Shown piece after piece: positions 20,135 to 30,103 of a stretch of 64,000 nt of DNA (the stretch's first letter is position 1; each line of letters opens with the position of its first letter). The translations under genes and the position numbers were made by a program. The stretch is from Alphaproteobacteria bacterium. GTDB taxonomy: Bacteria > Pseudomonadota > Alphaproteobacteria > UBA828. The stretch lies in NCBI GenBank assembly GCA_965221125.1, contig CBDCRW010000006.1, forward strand, positions 160,001-224,000. The letters run 5' to 3'. Below the pieces are notes generated by a model. The model did no database searches. It saw only the letters and a program-made list of their open reading frames with translations, and had not been told where the DNA came from.

Positions 20135-21751
20135 TTAGCCGCCCTCCCCCCGTGCGGACCGGGGCGGGAGCAGCACGCCGGGGTTGAGGATCTCGTGCGG
20201 GTCGAGCGCGCGCTTCGCCGCCGCGAGCGCCGCGCCGAAGAGCGCTGGCCGCTGCGCCTCGTACCACGGCATGTGGTCGCGGCCGACGGCGTGGTGATGG
20301 GTGATCGTGCCCCCCGCCTGGATCAGCGCGTCCGAGGCCGCACCCTTGATCGCCCGCCACTGCTCGATCTCGGCGCCGGGCGCGGGCTGCGCGAGATAGG
20401 TGAAGTAGGGCGCCGGCCCGTCCGGGTAGACGTGGGTGAAGCGACAGGTCACGTGCCCCGCCTTGCCGGTGGCATCCCGGATGGCGCGCTCCGTCGCCGC
20501 CTTCACGCCCGCGTGGAACTCCTCGAAGCGGTCCCAGGTGATCGCGGTCTCGAAGGTATCGTGCAGCAGGCCGTGGGCGATCAGCCCCTCGCGGTCGTAG
20601 GGCGCGCGGATGAAGGCCTCGCGCCAGGCGTCCGCCAGCGGGTCGCGCGCCTGGCTAACTGCCTCCGGGTCGAAGACCGCGCCGTGATCGGCCATGCACT
20701 CGAGCGCGCGGCTCATCCACGCGTCCACGGGGTGATCGGCGCTCTCGAACGCGAGCACGGCGAGGTGGAAGCTGCCGTCGCCCGCGCCCGCGAGCCGCGC
20801 CTCCTCGGAATCGACGAGGCGGAGGTTGGTCGGGTAGAGCCCGGCCTGGCCCACCGCGCGAATGCCCGCCGCCGCCGCCCCGAAGTCGGCGAAGCGGAGC
20901 GCGGCGGAGGCGCGGTGGGTCGGCCTATCCTGCAGCCGCATCCAGGCTTCGGTGATGATGCCGAGCGCGCCTTCGGAGCCGATCATCAGCCGGTCCGGGC
21001 TCGGTCCTGCGCCGGAGCCCGGCAGGCGGCGGCTCTCCATGGTGCCGGCCGGCGTCACCGTGCGCAGGCTTTCAACGAACTCGTCGATGTGGGTGTAGAG
21101 CGTGGCGTAGTGGCCGCCGGAGCGCGTGGCGATCCAGCCGCCGAGGGTCGAGAAGCCGAAGGACTGCGGGAAGTGCCGCAGCGTGAGCCCCGCCGGCTTG
21201 AGCTGGGCTTCGAGAGCGGGCCCGAGCACGCCGCCCTGGATGCGGGCCGCGCGGGAGGCGCGGTCGATCTCCAGCACCTTGTCGAGGCGGCCCAAGTCGA
21301 TGGTGAGCGTGCCCGCGTAGGCGTCGCCGACGGCGGGCTCGACGCCGCCCACCACGGACGACCCGGCGCCGTAGGGAATGACCGCGAGCCCCGCATCGCC
21401 CGCCCAGTCGAGCAGCGAGACCACGTCCGCCTCGTCCTCCGGGTAGGCGACGACGTCCGGCGCCACGGCGAAGTCGCGCGCCCAGGCGCGGACGTAGTCC
21501 GGGTACGACTTGCCGTAGGTGTGGCTCGCGCGGCAGTGGGCGTCGCTGCGGCAGAGCCGGGCCAGCGTCTCGGGCGGGGCCACCCTTGGCGCGGGCAGGT
21601 CCAGTTCGCCCTCGGCAGGCGGCGCCGCGTAAGCGCCGGGCACGAGGCCGGTGAGCCCGCCCACGCGCCGGGCGATCCTGCCCGCGTCCGCCTCGCTCAG
21701 CGTCTCCGATTCGAGGCCCCAGCCCCAGAACTTGCGCCGCGCCTCCGCCAT
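20135..21751 (-). CDS. FAD-binding oxidoreductase (alkylglycerone-phosphate synthase-like, FAD_binding_4)
   Basis: 'KFWGWG', 'IPYGAGSSVVGG', 'HFPQSF.FSTLGGWIATRSGG', 'GSEGALG', 'ITHHHAVG', 'LNPG'; start taken at ATG 21751. Confidence 0.85.
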   Translation of the reverse strand: MAEARRKFWGWGLESETLSEADAGRIARRVGGLTGLVPGAYAAPPAEGELDLPAPRVAPPETLARLCRSDAHCRASHTYGKSYPDYVRAWARDFAVAPDVVAYPEDEADVVSLLDWAGDAGLAVIPYGAGSSVVGGVEPAVGDAYAGTLTIDLGRLDKVLEIDRASRAARIQGGVLGPALEAQLKPAGLTLRHFPQSFGFSTLGGWIATRSGGHYATLYTHIDEFVESLRTVTPAGTMESRRLPGSGAGPSPDRLMIGSEGALGIITEAWMRLQDRPTHRASAALRFADFGAAAAGIRAVGQAGLYPTNLRLVDSEEARLAGAGDGSFHLAVLAFESADHPVDAWMSRALECMADHGAVFDPEAVSQARDPLADAWREAFIRAPYDREGLIAHGLLHDTFETAITWDRFEEFHAGVKAATERAIRDATGKAGHVTCRFTHVYPDGPAPYFTYLAQPAPGAEIEQWRAIKGAASDALIQAGGTITHHHAVGRDHMPWYEAQRPALFGAALAAAKRALDPHEILNPGVLLPPRSARGEGG

Positions 21752-21756
21752 GCCGT

Positions 21757-22280
21757 TCAGCTCCCCGAAGCCAGCGCCCGCGTCGGATGCGCGGCGCCGC
21801 GATAGAGCACCTCCGCCTGCACCTCGACCTCGCGCCGCCACGCCGCCCGCGCCGCCGGGCTCATCTCCTCGGCCGGGCGCGGGTCGACGTCGAAATGATG
21901 GAAGCGGTCGACGCCCCGCACCAGCATCGCGGATTCGCGTGGCTCATGCTGGTAGGCGTGGGTCGGCACGTACTCGATGAGGAAGACGATGCGCCGCTCG
22001 CCGCTCACGTTGGGGCCGGAGGAATGGCAGATCGCGTTGTTGAAGAGCACCGCCTCGCCTGCCGCCATCGGCAGCGTCACCGCCGCCGCCTCGTCGACGG
22101 GCGCCTCGATCTGCTGCTCGCGGGTGAGCAGGCTGCCGGTGCCGAAGTGCTCGCGGTGCGGCAGCAGCGCGCCCCGGTGGGAGCCGGGAATCACGCGGAG
22201 GCACCCGGCCTCGCTGCCGCAGTCGGAGAGCGCCAGCGCCGTGATCACGACGATCGGCCTGATGTCGCAGTAGGCGGTGT
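21757..22280 (-). pseudogene. Phytanoyl-CoA dioxygenase (PhyH) family, 5'-truncated
   Basis: 'ALSDC..EAGCLRVIPGSH', 'H.SGPN.S..RR' C-terminal half present; N-terminal half and HxD iron motif replaced by the 44-bp repeat. Confidence 0.75.
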
Positions 22281-22369
22281 GCAGTAACATAAGCGATCAG
22301 TCAGTGCTCAGTGGCTGACGCTGGGCAGTAACATAAGCGATCAGTCAGTGCTCAGTGGCTGACGCTGGG
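22281..22369. repeat. Exact 44-bp tandem direct repeat (2 copies) at the chromosome/island junction
   Basis: GCAGTAACATAAGCGATCAGTCAGTGCTCAGTGGCTGACGCTGG at 22281-22324 and 22325-22368. Confidence 0.95.
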
Positions 22370-22674
22370 TTGCCATTTCCTCCTGTATTCGATATATGCT
22401 AGAGTATGTTACGGCTGACGTCAAGGGCGAATGGAGCGGGGATGGCGGACACATTGACTGATCTTGTGTCTCTCAGAAGTTGCATTAGGGGAAGCCGGGT
22501 TGTGGAATTTATCGTGGATGGTTGGTATGGTTTCTGCGCTGAGGGTGGATAATTCAGTCAGGACATACGAATGGCATATAATATTAGGTGCGAGGAATTA
22601 TATAGGAGTTTCATGATCTATTCTACATCCAAGGAGAGCCGCGTGTCCCGGCTGCAGAAGGTCTATACGGACGG

Positions 22675-23046
22675 ATGGCCACGATGAGGGAGGATGCCGG
22701 CGGACGGCGCCAGCGCGCGGTCATGGCCACCGATGCGGAGTGGGAACGGATCGGCCGGGCGGCGGCGGCGAGCGGCATGGACCTGTCGCGCTACGTGATC
22801 CATCGCGCGCTGGACCGGGACCCTCTGCCGCCGGAGGTCCTGCGCCGGGCGGTTCGCGAGATGCTGGTGCTGTCCAGGCTGGAGGAGAGGCGGCTGCGCG
22901 GGGCGGGCGCCGGCGAGGCCTGGGAGGACGCCTGCGACGCGGTGGACGAATGGCTCGAGCGGGAGGGCATGCTTGACCGGCTCACCGATCCAGGTGCTGC
23001 GAACCGCTGGAAGGCGGCGGGGCCGGTTGAGGAGGACGGGTCGTGA
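22675..23046 (+). CDS. Ribbon-helix-helix / MobC-like relaxosome accessory protein
   Basis: 'RQRAVMATDAEWERIGRAAAASGMDLSRYVIHRAL' strand-helix-helix pattern; upstream of relaxase. Confidence 0.65.
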   Translation: MATMREDAGGRRQRAVMATDAEWERIGRAAAASGMDLSRYVIHRALDRDPLPPEVLRRAVREMLVLSRLEERRLRGAGAGEAWEDACDAVDEWLEREGMLDRLTDPGAANRWKAAGPVEEDGS

Positions 23047-23354
23047 CTGAGGAGGCGGCGCGGCCGCTCAGGCGTCAGCGGAGCCTGCACTGCAAGCCGG
23101 CTGAACAGGCGATGATCCGGGAGCGCGCGGCGGCGACGGAGAAGACCGTGTCGCGCTATGTGCTGGATCTCGCGCTCGCCGACGATCCGGACCGTCATCC
23201 CCTGGTGCTGACGGAAGCGGAACAGGTGGAGCAGCGGGACGGGGTGCGGGAGTTGCAGGCATTCGTGCGGGCCTTGCGGCGCGAGCTTCCGGGGGGCAGC
23301 GGGCTCAGCCTTCTGAGCGCGATCTCCGTCCTTGCACGGGAGCGCGCGCCGTGA
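23043..23354 (+). CDS. Ribbon-helix-helix / MobC-like protein
   Basis: 'RQRSLHCKPAEQAMIRERAAATEKTVSRYVLDLAL'; GTGA-coupled to neighbours. Confidence 0.65.
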   Translation: MTEEAARPLRRQRSLHCKPAEQAMIRERAAATEKTVSRYVLDLALADDPDRHPLVLTEAEQVEQRDGVRELQAFVRALRRELPGGSGLSLLSAISVLARERAP

Positions 23355-23890
23355 GACGGGTGCGACGTCGGCGGAAGGCGCGCAGGCCAAGCAGGCACAT
23401 CTCGATCTCGGCGACGGACGCGGAATGGGAGATCGTTCGCAGCAACGCGCAGCGGCGCGGGCTGTCGATCGCGCGCTACCTGCTGGGGTTGGTGGAACGT
23501 GACGCTGCGGAAGAGGACGCGGGTCTACGGCACGAGCATCCCGCGCTGGCGTTGGCCAAGGAAGAGCAGCGGGAGCAGCTGGAGGCGGTACGGGAGGTTC
23601 GCGCGCTGATGCTGGAGGGGGAGGATGCGGGCCCCCTTGTGCGCGACATGCAGGAGCGGATCGCGGTGATGTTCGCCGCCTGGGCGTCTGCGATGGCGGG
23701 ATCGGGCCGCTCGGAAGAGCTGCGGCTGGCGCTCGCCTCGGTGCTTGGCGAGGAGCGGGCGGGGATCGCTGCGGCCTCGGTCGTACCGACCTCGGTCGCG
23801 GTCTCGTCCGAGCCGCCGGCAGCGAAGCAAGAGGTCGCGCCAGAGGCCCGCGAGGGGAAGACGGACTCCCGCCAGAACCGGCTCTTGTGA
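23351..23890 (+). CDS. Ribbon-helix-helix / MobC-like protein
   Basis: 'RHISISATDAEWEIVRSNAQRRGLSIARYL', paralogous to 22675-23046. Confidence 0.6.
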   Translation: MRRVRRRRKARRPSRHISISATDAEWEIVRSNAQRRGLSIARYLLGLVERDAAEEDAGLRHEHPALALAKEEQREQLEAVREVRALMLEGEDAGPLVRDMQERIAVMFAAWASAMAGSGRSEELRLALASVLGEERAGIAAASVVPTSVAVSSEPPAAKQEVAPEAREGKTDSRQNRLL

Positions 23891-24140
23891 GGCACTCACC
23901 GTCAGCGCCGCCGGCATGATTGATGTGCGCGAGGCCGGTCGAACGAGGAGAGAGATGGCGTGACACCGGAACGCGACAGCAGAAGCAAACGGTCGCGCCT
24001 CGGGCCTGCGAAGGGGAGACGGACCCCCGCCAGACCCGGTTGCTGTGAGGCGGGCGCCATGTGCGTCTCCGGCATGAACGAGGTGCACGAGGTCGCCCAC
24101 ACGAGGGGACAAATGGCGTGACTGCAGAGCGCGACGGCAA
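23821..24140. repeat. Diverged tandem duplication, 158-bp period
   Basis: 23821 AGCGAAGCAAGAGGTCGCGCC...GACGGACTCCCGCCAGAACCGG..TGTGAGGC...CCGGCATGA...ATGGCGTGAC recurs at about 23979 with substitutions (ATG at 23916 vs 24074). Confidence 0.75.
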
Positions 24141-24759
24141 GAGCGGACGGACGGGCCAGCCGGACCTTCTGGCGAGCCTGCCGGCGGAGGGCCCGCCCGC
24201 TTCGCGGCCGGATCCTGGTATCGATCCGGCCGTGATCGAGGAACTGCTCACCGAAGTGCGGGGCCTGCGGGAGCAGGTGGCCGAACTGAAGGAAGCGGTG
24301 TCGACGGAACGGTCAGCGCCGGAGCCTGCGGCATTGCCTGACACACTGACGCTGGAGGCGCTTGAGGCCTGGGGCGACAAGCTCGTGGCCCGCGTCGCCG
24401 AAGCCGCGCCAAAGGACGACGCAGCATCGGCCGTTGCAGACCATACCGGCAGGATCGAGGAAGCGGCGGCGAAGGCGGTTGCGGCGGCAGAGCGCATCGA
24501 CGGGGGGCTGGACGTCACTGCGGACCGGGTGACGGCCGAGGTCGGGGCGGCCGCCGCCAGGATCGAGACGGGATTCCGGATTACGCGCAACCACGTCGAC
24601 CTGAAGTCCCGCCTGGTCCATGGGGCTGTAGAAGAGCTCCGGACACGCGTGGCCGGGCGGAGGTTCGGTTTGGGGACGGTTCTCGTGTTTTCGATCGTCT
24701 TCGTCCTGGTGGGCGTGTTGCTCGAGAGATACACCCACATCCCCTACCGATGGCTGTGA
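24118..24759 (+). CDS. Hypothetical coiled-coil protein with C-terminal transmembrane anchor
   Basis: GTG at 24118 after GAGGGG; helical Ala/Glu-rich body; 'FGLGTVLVFSIVFVLVGVLL' TM segment. Confidence 0.6.
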   Translation: MTAERDGKSGRTGQPDLLASLPAEGPPASRPDPGIDPAVIEELLTEVRGLREQVAELKEAVSTERSAPEPAALPDTLTLEALEAWGDKLVARVAEAAPKDDAASAVADHTGRIEEAAAKAVAAAERIDGGLDVTADRVTAEVGAAAARIETGFRITRNHVDLKSRLVHGAVEELRTRVAGRRFGLGTVLVFSIVFVLVGVLLERYTHIPYRWL

Positions 24760-24834
24760 GCCCGTCGAGCCGGCGGCGTTCCCCCTCTCTGCCACTGCGG
24801 CGCACAGGCACGGCCGCACCCGAGGTCTGAGCCG

Positions 24835-27800
24835 ATGGTCGCGACGGTCGTCGAGCTTCGTTCGTCGGCCATGGCGGTGACCTACTACGAGCGCGACGGC
24901 TACTACGCAAAGAACGACCCCGAGCACCGCCAGGCGAGTTTTTGGTACGGGGACGCGGCGAAGGCGCTGGGGCTCAAGGCCCATGTGCGTCCCTCGCGCT
25001 TCGAATCGGTGCTGTCGGGATACGTGCCGGGCACGGACCTGCGTCTCGGCCGGATGCGCGAAGGGGAGCACGATCACCGGCCCGGCTGGGATATCACCCT
25101 GTCGGCGCCCAAGTCGGTATCGCTGGAGGCGCTGGTGATGGGCGACCGCAGGGTGATCCGGGCTCATGACGAGGCGGTGCGGGCGACGCTGGGCTTCGTG
25201 GAGTCGGACCTTCTGCAGACCCGGGGCTGGGACCCGGCGACGCGCCGCCGTCCCCGGGTGAAGGCGCAGGGCATGGTGGTGGCGGGGTTCCGCCATCTCG
25301 CGAGCCGCGACCAGGACCCGCAGCTGCACACCCACTGCGTGCTGGCCAACATGACGCGCAATGCCTCCGGGGAATGGCGGAGCGTTGAGCCGACGAAGAT
25401 CCGCCGCAGCGAGAAGCTGATCGGGGCGTATTACCGGAACGAGCTCGCGCAGCGTCTCCAGACTTTGGGTATGGCCGTCTCGCCGACCCTGGTGGGACGG
25501 GTGCCGGGGTTCGAGCTTGCGGGCTACGACCGCGCCTTCCTGGACGCGTTCTCGGGCAGGCGCCGGGAGATTCTCGCGTACCTGGAGCAAAAGGACCTGT
25601 CCTACACGGCGAAGCATACGCAGATGGCGGCGCTGCACACGCGCCGGCGCAAGGAGGACAAGGGCCTCGCGGACCTGGTGCCGGAATGGCGCGAACGGGC
25701 GCGGGCGCTGGGTCTGGTGCGGGAGAAGACGGCCCTCACGCCGTCCCGGCCGCTCGACCCTGTGACCGGCGAGCGGGTGGGGTTGCCGCGCGTGCCCGCG
25801 CTGGACCTGCCGGCCAACGAGATCCGCAGCCTGAAGCGCGCGCCGGCGCTGCCGGCGCTGCCGAGGCAGCCCCGCGACGACGTTGCCGCGTCGGCGGGGG
25901 TGAATTCCACGCCCCCTCGCTCTCCGGCGCCGGCGGAGCTGTCGCAGGAGCCCGAGCGGGGCGTCCTGGAGGCGGTGGCGCGGGCTGTGGCACATGTTGC
26001 GGAGCGACGCACCGCGATCCCGGAGGCTGAGATCCGGGCGGTGGCGCTGGGCCATGCGCCGGGGCGCTACACCCTGGCCGAGGTCGACGGGGCGATCGCA
26101 CGGCTGGTGTCCGGCGGCGAGCTCATCGAGGCGGAACGCCGGGGCATGGACCGGGCCTTCGTCACCGACCGGGCTGTGAAGGCCGAACGCCAGGTGCTGG
26201 CGTCGATGCGGACAGGACGGGGCAAGGGAGCGGCGCTGGCCGGCGCGGATGCCGTCGAGGCCCGGCTCGGGGCGTCGCGTCTCACCAAGGGCCAGAGGGA
26301 GGCGGTCCGCACGGTGCTGCTGTCGGACGATCTCACGGTCGGCGTGCAGGGCCATGCCGGCAGCGGCAAGACCACCATGCTGAGGGAGGTGAAGGCGCTT
26401 CTCGGGGACAGGACGATACAGGGCCTTGCGCCGTCGGCCGCCGCGGCACGGGTTCTCGCCAGGGGGGCCAGCATCCCGTCCAGGACGCTGCAATACTTCC
26501 TGACGCGCTTCAACGACCTCCCGGCCCCGGCGCGGCTGGCGCGGGGCCGGGAGGAGTACGGGGGCGCGGTGCTGGCGGTGGACGAGGCCTCGATGATCGA
26601 CACCGTGCGCATGGAGGCGCTGCTGCGCATCGCGCGCGATCTGGACGTAGCGCGGGTGGCGCTGGTAGGCGACACCGCGCAGTTGAGGGCGGTGGATGCG
26701 GGCCAGCCCTTCCGGCTGCTGCAGAAGGCGGGCATGGCGACGGCGACCATGGACGAGGTGCTGCGCCAGCGCGACCCGGAGCTGCGTGCGACGGTAGGCC
26801 GCGTCAGGGAGGGGGAGCCGGGCGCGGCGATCGCGGCGCTGGGCAACCGGGTGCGCGAGGCGCCCCGTGAGGAGCTCGGCATCGAGGCGGCGCGGCGCTG
26901 GCTGGCGCTGGCGCCGGAGCAGCGGGCGGACACCTTGATTCTCGCCCCCACGCACGCGATCCGCCGGCAGGCGAACGAGGCGGTGCGCGAGGGGCTCGCG
27001 GAGGAGGGCGTGTTGAAGGGCCGCACCCTCGCCGTCGACCGCCTGGTAAACCGGCGGCTCACCCGTGCGCTGGCCTCCGACATCCAGAGCTACGAGCCCG
27101 GAGACACCATAGTGTTCCACCGCGACGTCTTCGGCTGCCGCGCAAACGACGTCTGCACCGTCATGGGCCACGACGGCGGCAGGGTCGTTCTGGCCCATCC
27201 GGACGGCGAGCGCCGGTTCCGGCCCTCGGGCAATGCGGCGCGCTATCTGGGCCTCTACGACACCGAGCGGATCGAGCTGCGCGCCGGCGACCTGATCCGC
27301 TGGACGCGCAACCGCAAGGCCCCGCCTGCCCGCGGCAGGCATCCCCAGGCACCGAACCTGGTCAACGGCGGCGAGGCGGAGATCGTGGAGATCGGCTACA
27401 GGCGGGTGCGCTTCCGCGAGGGCGGCCGGGAGTTCAGTCTTGCGCTTGCCGACCCGCAGTTGCGCCATCTCGATCATGCCTACTGTTCCACCGTGCATTC
27501 TGCGCAGGGCCGGACGGCGCGTGCGGCGATCGCGGTGCTGGACGCGGGCGGCTGGGTCGACCGCGAGCTGTTCCATGTCGAGCTCAGCCGGGTCTCGGAA
27601 GAGTTCCTGCTGCTGACCGACGACCGCGACGCGCTCATCGAGAGCATGGCATACGACCGGAGCGAGGACGGGGCGCTGGAGGCCCTGGGGATCGACCTTT
27701 CCGGGCCCCCAGTCGTGGACCCCGAGGAGTTCGCGGCGTTGGCGGCGGACTGGCGGGCGCTTCTGCGGGAGGGCGAGGCGACGAACACCGTTCCGTTCCT

Positions 27801-29646
27801 CCTACCGGGCTACCGGGACACGATGGCGCAGGCTGCTGCGCTCGCGCAGATCGAGGACCTGCCGGAGGACATGCGCCGCCTCACCGATACCATGCTGGCG
27901 CAACACGAGGGGCATCTCGCGCATGACCGCGAGGTGCAGGGCCTCGTCGAGGGCATGCGGGACCATTGGCGGCGCTGGCCGGAGCTGGGCTGGGCGGCCT
28001 CTGCGCAGGAAGTGCCGGTGGAGGAGCTTCCCGCACACGCTGCCTGGCGCGAGGAAGGGGCGGCGCTTCTGCAGGCAGGCCGGAGCCTGCTGGAGACGGA
28101 GGGCGAGGCGGCCCACCGCGTGGCGGCACATCGCGATGTGGCCCGCCACCTCCATGCCATGCCGGGCGGGCGCGCCGGCCTGGAAGACGCTGTTGGGATG
28201 CTCGAGCGCACGCGCCTCCTCGACGATTCCGGACGGTTCGAGAGAGCTTGGCACGCGCTTCGCGAGCGGGCGGCTGAGAGCGTCGTCCCGGAGATTTACG
28301 CGCCGGGCTACCGGCAGGTGGCGGCGCTTGGCCGAGAGCTTGCGGTCGCCGAGGGGCTCGATGCGCACGCGCGGCGCACGGTGGCGGAATGGCGGGAGAT
28401 CGATACGGCGCAGACGGCGCTTGCGGACGAGGTGCGCACCCTGCCCGGCAGTATCGCGGCGTGGCAGGCGGCGGTCCCGCCGCAGGACGAGCCCGGCGGG
28501 CTCGATCCGGACCATCCCGCGCGGCAGTCCTGGCGCGAGGAAGGCGCCACACTGGAGGCCATGGCCGGGGACATGCTGCGCCCGGAAGATGTCCATGCGC
28601 ACTACCTGGACGCCGTGCCGGGCAGGCGCGAGGCTGTCCGACAGGCGGCCGAGGAGGTCGCCGACGCGCTCCGGCACGACCGCTACCGAGCATTCGGGTG
28701 GCTGACGAACGAAGTGAACCGGCAGGCGCGAGAAACCCGGACCGAGGCGTTCCATGTGCCGCGCTACGGAGAGCTGGTCGCACAGGCCGAGGCGCTCTCC
28801 GCGCAGGCGGTGCTGCCGGCGCGCACGCAGGAAGCCGTCGCCTCATGGCTCGTCTATCACGCCAGGAGCGAACCGGACTGCCGGCAGATCCGGGATTGGC
28901 CCGCACGGCTGGACGCGCTGACGGCGGACTGCCCCGAGCGTCCCGCGACGCTGGACGCCCTGACCGGTTGGCGGCAGCAGGCGGAGCCCCTGCTCACCGA
29001 GGCCCGTGCGATGCTGGCAAACGATGCCCCTCATGCGCCCCATCTGGCCGCCTTACCGGCCGAGTGCAAGGCGTTGGCCGAGGGAACGGTCCGCCTCGAC
29101 CGCGCGCTGATCGAGGTCGAGGCGCGGGAGACGGACGTGCTGTCTTCGGTCGTGCAGCAATGGGCGGAGGAGACGGGCGGGATCGGCTTCGATAGTCGCG
29201 ACTATGCCGCGCTGATGGACAGGGCGCGTTCTCTCGATGCCAGGCCGCATCTGCCGGAGAGGCTGCGCGACAGGGTCGACGTCCTGCTCTTGAGGGACGA
29301 GCGCTGGGCGCATAACCGGGATCGGGTCGAGGCATTCCTTGCGCGGGCCGCGGAGGCCGAGCGCGCGCGGCAAGTCCTGACGCAGCAGCGCGTCACGACC
29401 GCGTCGTTCGAGGAGCGTCTGCAAGCCCGGCAGGACTGCCGGCAGAAGGAGAAGGAGGTTCTCGACGAAGCGGCGGCGCTCAGGAAGGACATGCCGAAGC
29501 ACGAGCTCGCCGCCCATCTGGCCGCCGCCGGTGTAGGCCCGGACACGGTCCAGAAGCGGGAAGAGGGGATCCGCAACAGGATCGCCCAGGAACAGGAAAG
29601 GCAGGCCGCCCTGCGAAGGAGCCGGGGCCGGGGAATGTCGATGTAG
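24835..29646 (+). CDS. MOBF relaxase-helicase (TrwC/TraI-like) with long repetitive C-terminal extension
   Basis: 'YYERDGYY' tyrosine motif, 'DITLSAPKSVS', HUH 'RH..SRDQDPQLHTH', helicase 'VQGHAGSGKTT', 'VDEASM', 'GDTAQL', 'HAYCSTVHSAQGRT'. Confidence 0.93.
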   Translation: MVATVVELRSSAMAVTYYERDGYYAKNDPEHRQASFWYGDAAKALGLKAHVRPSRFESVLSGYVPGTDLRLGRMREGEHDHRPGWDITLSAPKSVSLEALVMGDRRVIRAHDEAVRATLGFVESDLLQTRGWDPATRRRPRVKAQGMVVAGFRHLASRDQDPQLHTHCVLANMTRNASGEWRSVEPTKIRRSEKLIGAYYRNELAQRLQTLGMAVSPTLVGRVPGFELAGYDRAFLDAFSGRRREILAYLEQKDLSYTAKHTQMAALHTRRRKEDKGLADLVPEWRERARALGLVREKTALTPSRPLDPVTGERVGLPRVPALDLPANEIRSLKRAPALPALPRQPRDDVAASAGVNSTPPRSPAPAELSQEPERGVLEAVARAVAHVAERRTAIPEAEIRAVALGHAPGRYTLAEVDGAIARLVSGGELIEAERRGMDRAFVTDRAVKAERQVLASMRTGRGKGAALAGADAVEARLGASRLTKGQREAVRTVLLSDDLTVGVQGHAGSGKTTMLREVKALLGDRTIQGLAPSAAAARVLARGASIPSRTLQYFLTRFNDLPAPARLARGREEYGGAVLAVDEASMIDTVRMEALLRIARDLDVARVALVGDTAQLRAVDAGQPFRLLQKAGMATATMDEVLRQRDPELRATVGRVREGEPGAAIAALGNRVREAPREELGIEAARRWLALAPEQRADTLILAPTHAIRRQANEAVREGLAEEGVLKGRTLAVDRLVNRRLTRALASDIQSYEPGDTIVFHRDVFGCRANDVCTVMGHDGGRVVLAHPDGERRFRPSGNAARYLGLYDTERIELRAGDLIRWTRNRKAPPARGRHPQAPNLVNGGEAEIVEIGYRRVRFREGGREFSLALADPQLRHLDHAYCSTVHSAQGRTARAAIAVLDAGGWVDRELFHVELSRVSEEFLLLTDDRDALIESMAYDRSEDGALEALGIDLSGPPVVDPEEFAALAADWRALLREGEATNTVPFLLPGYRDTMAQAAALAQIEDLPEDMRRLTDTMLAQHEGHLAHDREVQGLVEGMRDHWRRWPELGWAASAQEVPVEELPAHAAWREEGAALLQAGRSLLETEGEAAHRVAAHRDVARHLHAMPGGRAGLEDAVGMLERTRLLDDSGRFERAWHALRERAAESVVPEIYAPGYRQVAALGRELAVAEGLDAHARRTVAEWREIDTAQTALADEVRTLPGSIAAWQAAVPPQDEPGGLDPDHPARQSWREEGATLEAMAGDMLRPEDVHAHYLDAVPGRREAVRQAAEEVADALRHDRYRAFGWLTNEVNRQARETRTEAFHVPRYGELVAQAEALSAQAVLPARTQEAVASWLVYHARSEPDCRQIRDWPARLDALTADCPERPATLDALTGWRQQAEPLLTEARAMLANDAPHAPHLAALPAECKALAEGTVRLDRALIEVEARETDVLSSVVQQWAEETGGIGFDSRDYAALMDRARSLDARPHLPERLRDRVDVLLLRDERWAHNRDRVEAFLARAAEAERARQVLTQQRVTTASFEERLQARQDCRQKEKEVLDEAAALRKDMPKHELAAHLAAAGVGPDTVQKREEGIRNRIAQEQERQAALRRSRGRGMSM

Positions 29647-30103
29647 GCGCAGACCACCGCGTTCCTGCACGCCGCAGGGCGATGCTGTCGAGGCGGGACG
29701 CCGTTCTGGCGGAGCGGCGCGCGCAGCTCCACCCTCGAGACCACGGCGCGCGGGCTGGTGATCAGCATCCCACGATGAGCAAAGCCCCTTGGTGAACTTC
29801 GTGCAACGTCGCCGAGGTGCGGCCATCGCGCGGGCACTAGATGGCGGCGGGGCCGGAAACGGCGGCTGACCCGCCTCGCCGCCGCCAGCAGGCGCCGCGC
29901 CCCTCACCAGCGGAAGAGCGACCGCAGCATCACGCCGTGTTCGGCCTCGTTGTCGTTCGCGGCCTATTCGCTGGCCCCCATGCACTGTTTTTGGCCGGAA
30001 GCTCCATGGGGATGTGGCGGCCGGCTCTTTGGACGGGATAGCGTTCGTTGAGTACGGTCGCATTGCACTTCGGCTTCCGCCCGTAGGAAGAGGTAAGAGC
30101 TGA

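Noticed and set aside
22281-22369. Possible CRISPR array
   Set aside because: Two directly abutting copies with no spacer, and no cas genes in the window
22485-22510. Possible second nic site (GGGTTGTGG) upstream of the left RHH cluster
   Set aside because: Only a partial match to the nic core and no convincing adjacent hairpin
24313-27576. 1087-aa minus-strand ORF (and similar long antisense ORFs such as 2026-4143, 7424-9817, 14955-16700)
   Set aside because: Antisense shadows of well-supported genes in high-GC DNA; no recognisable motifs
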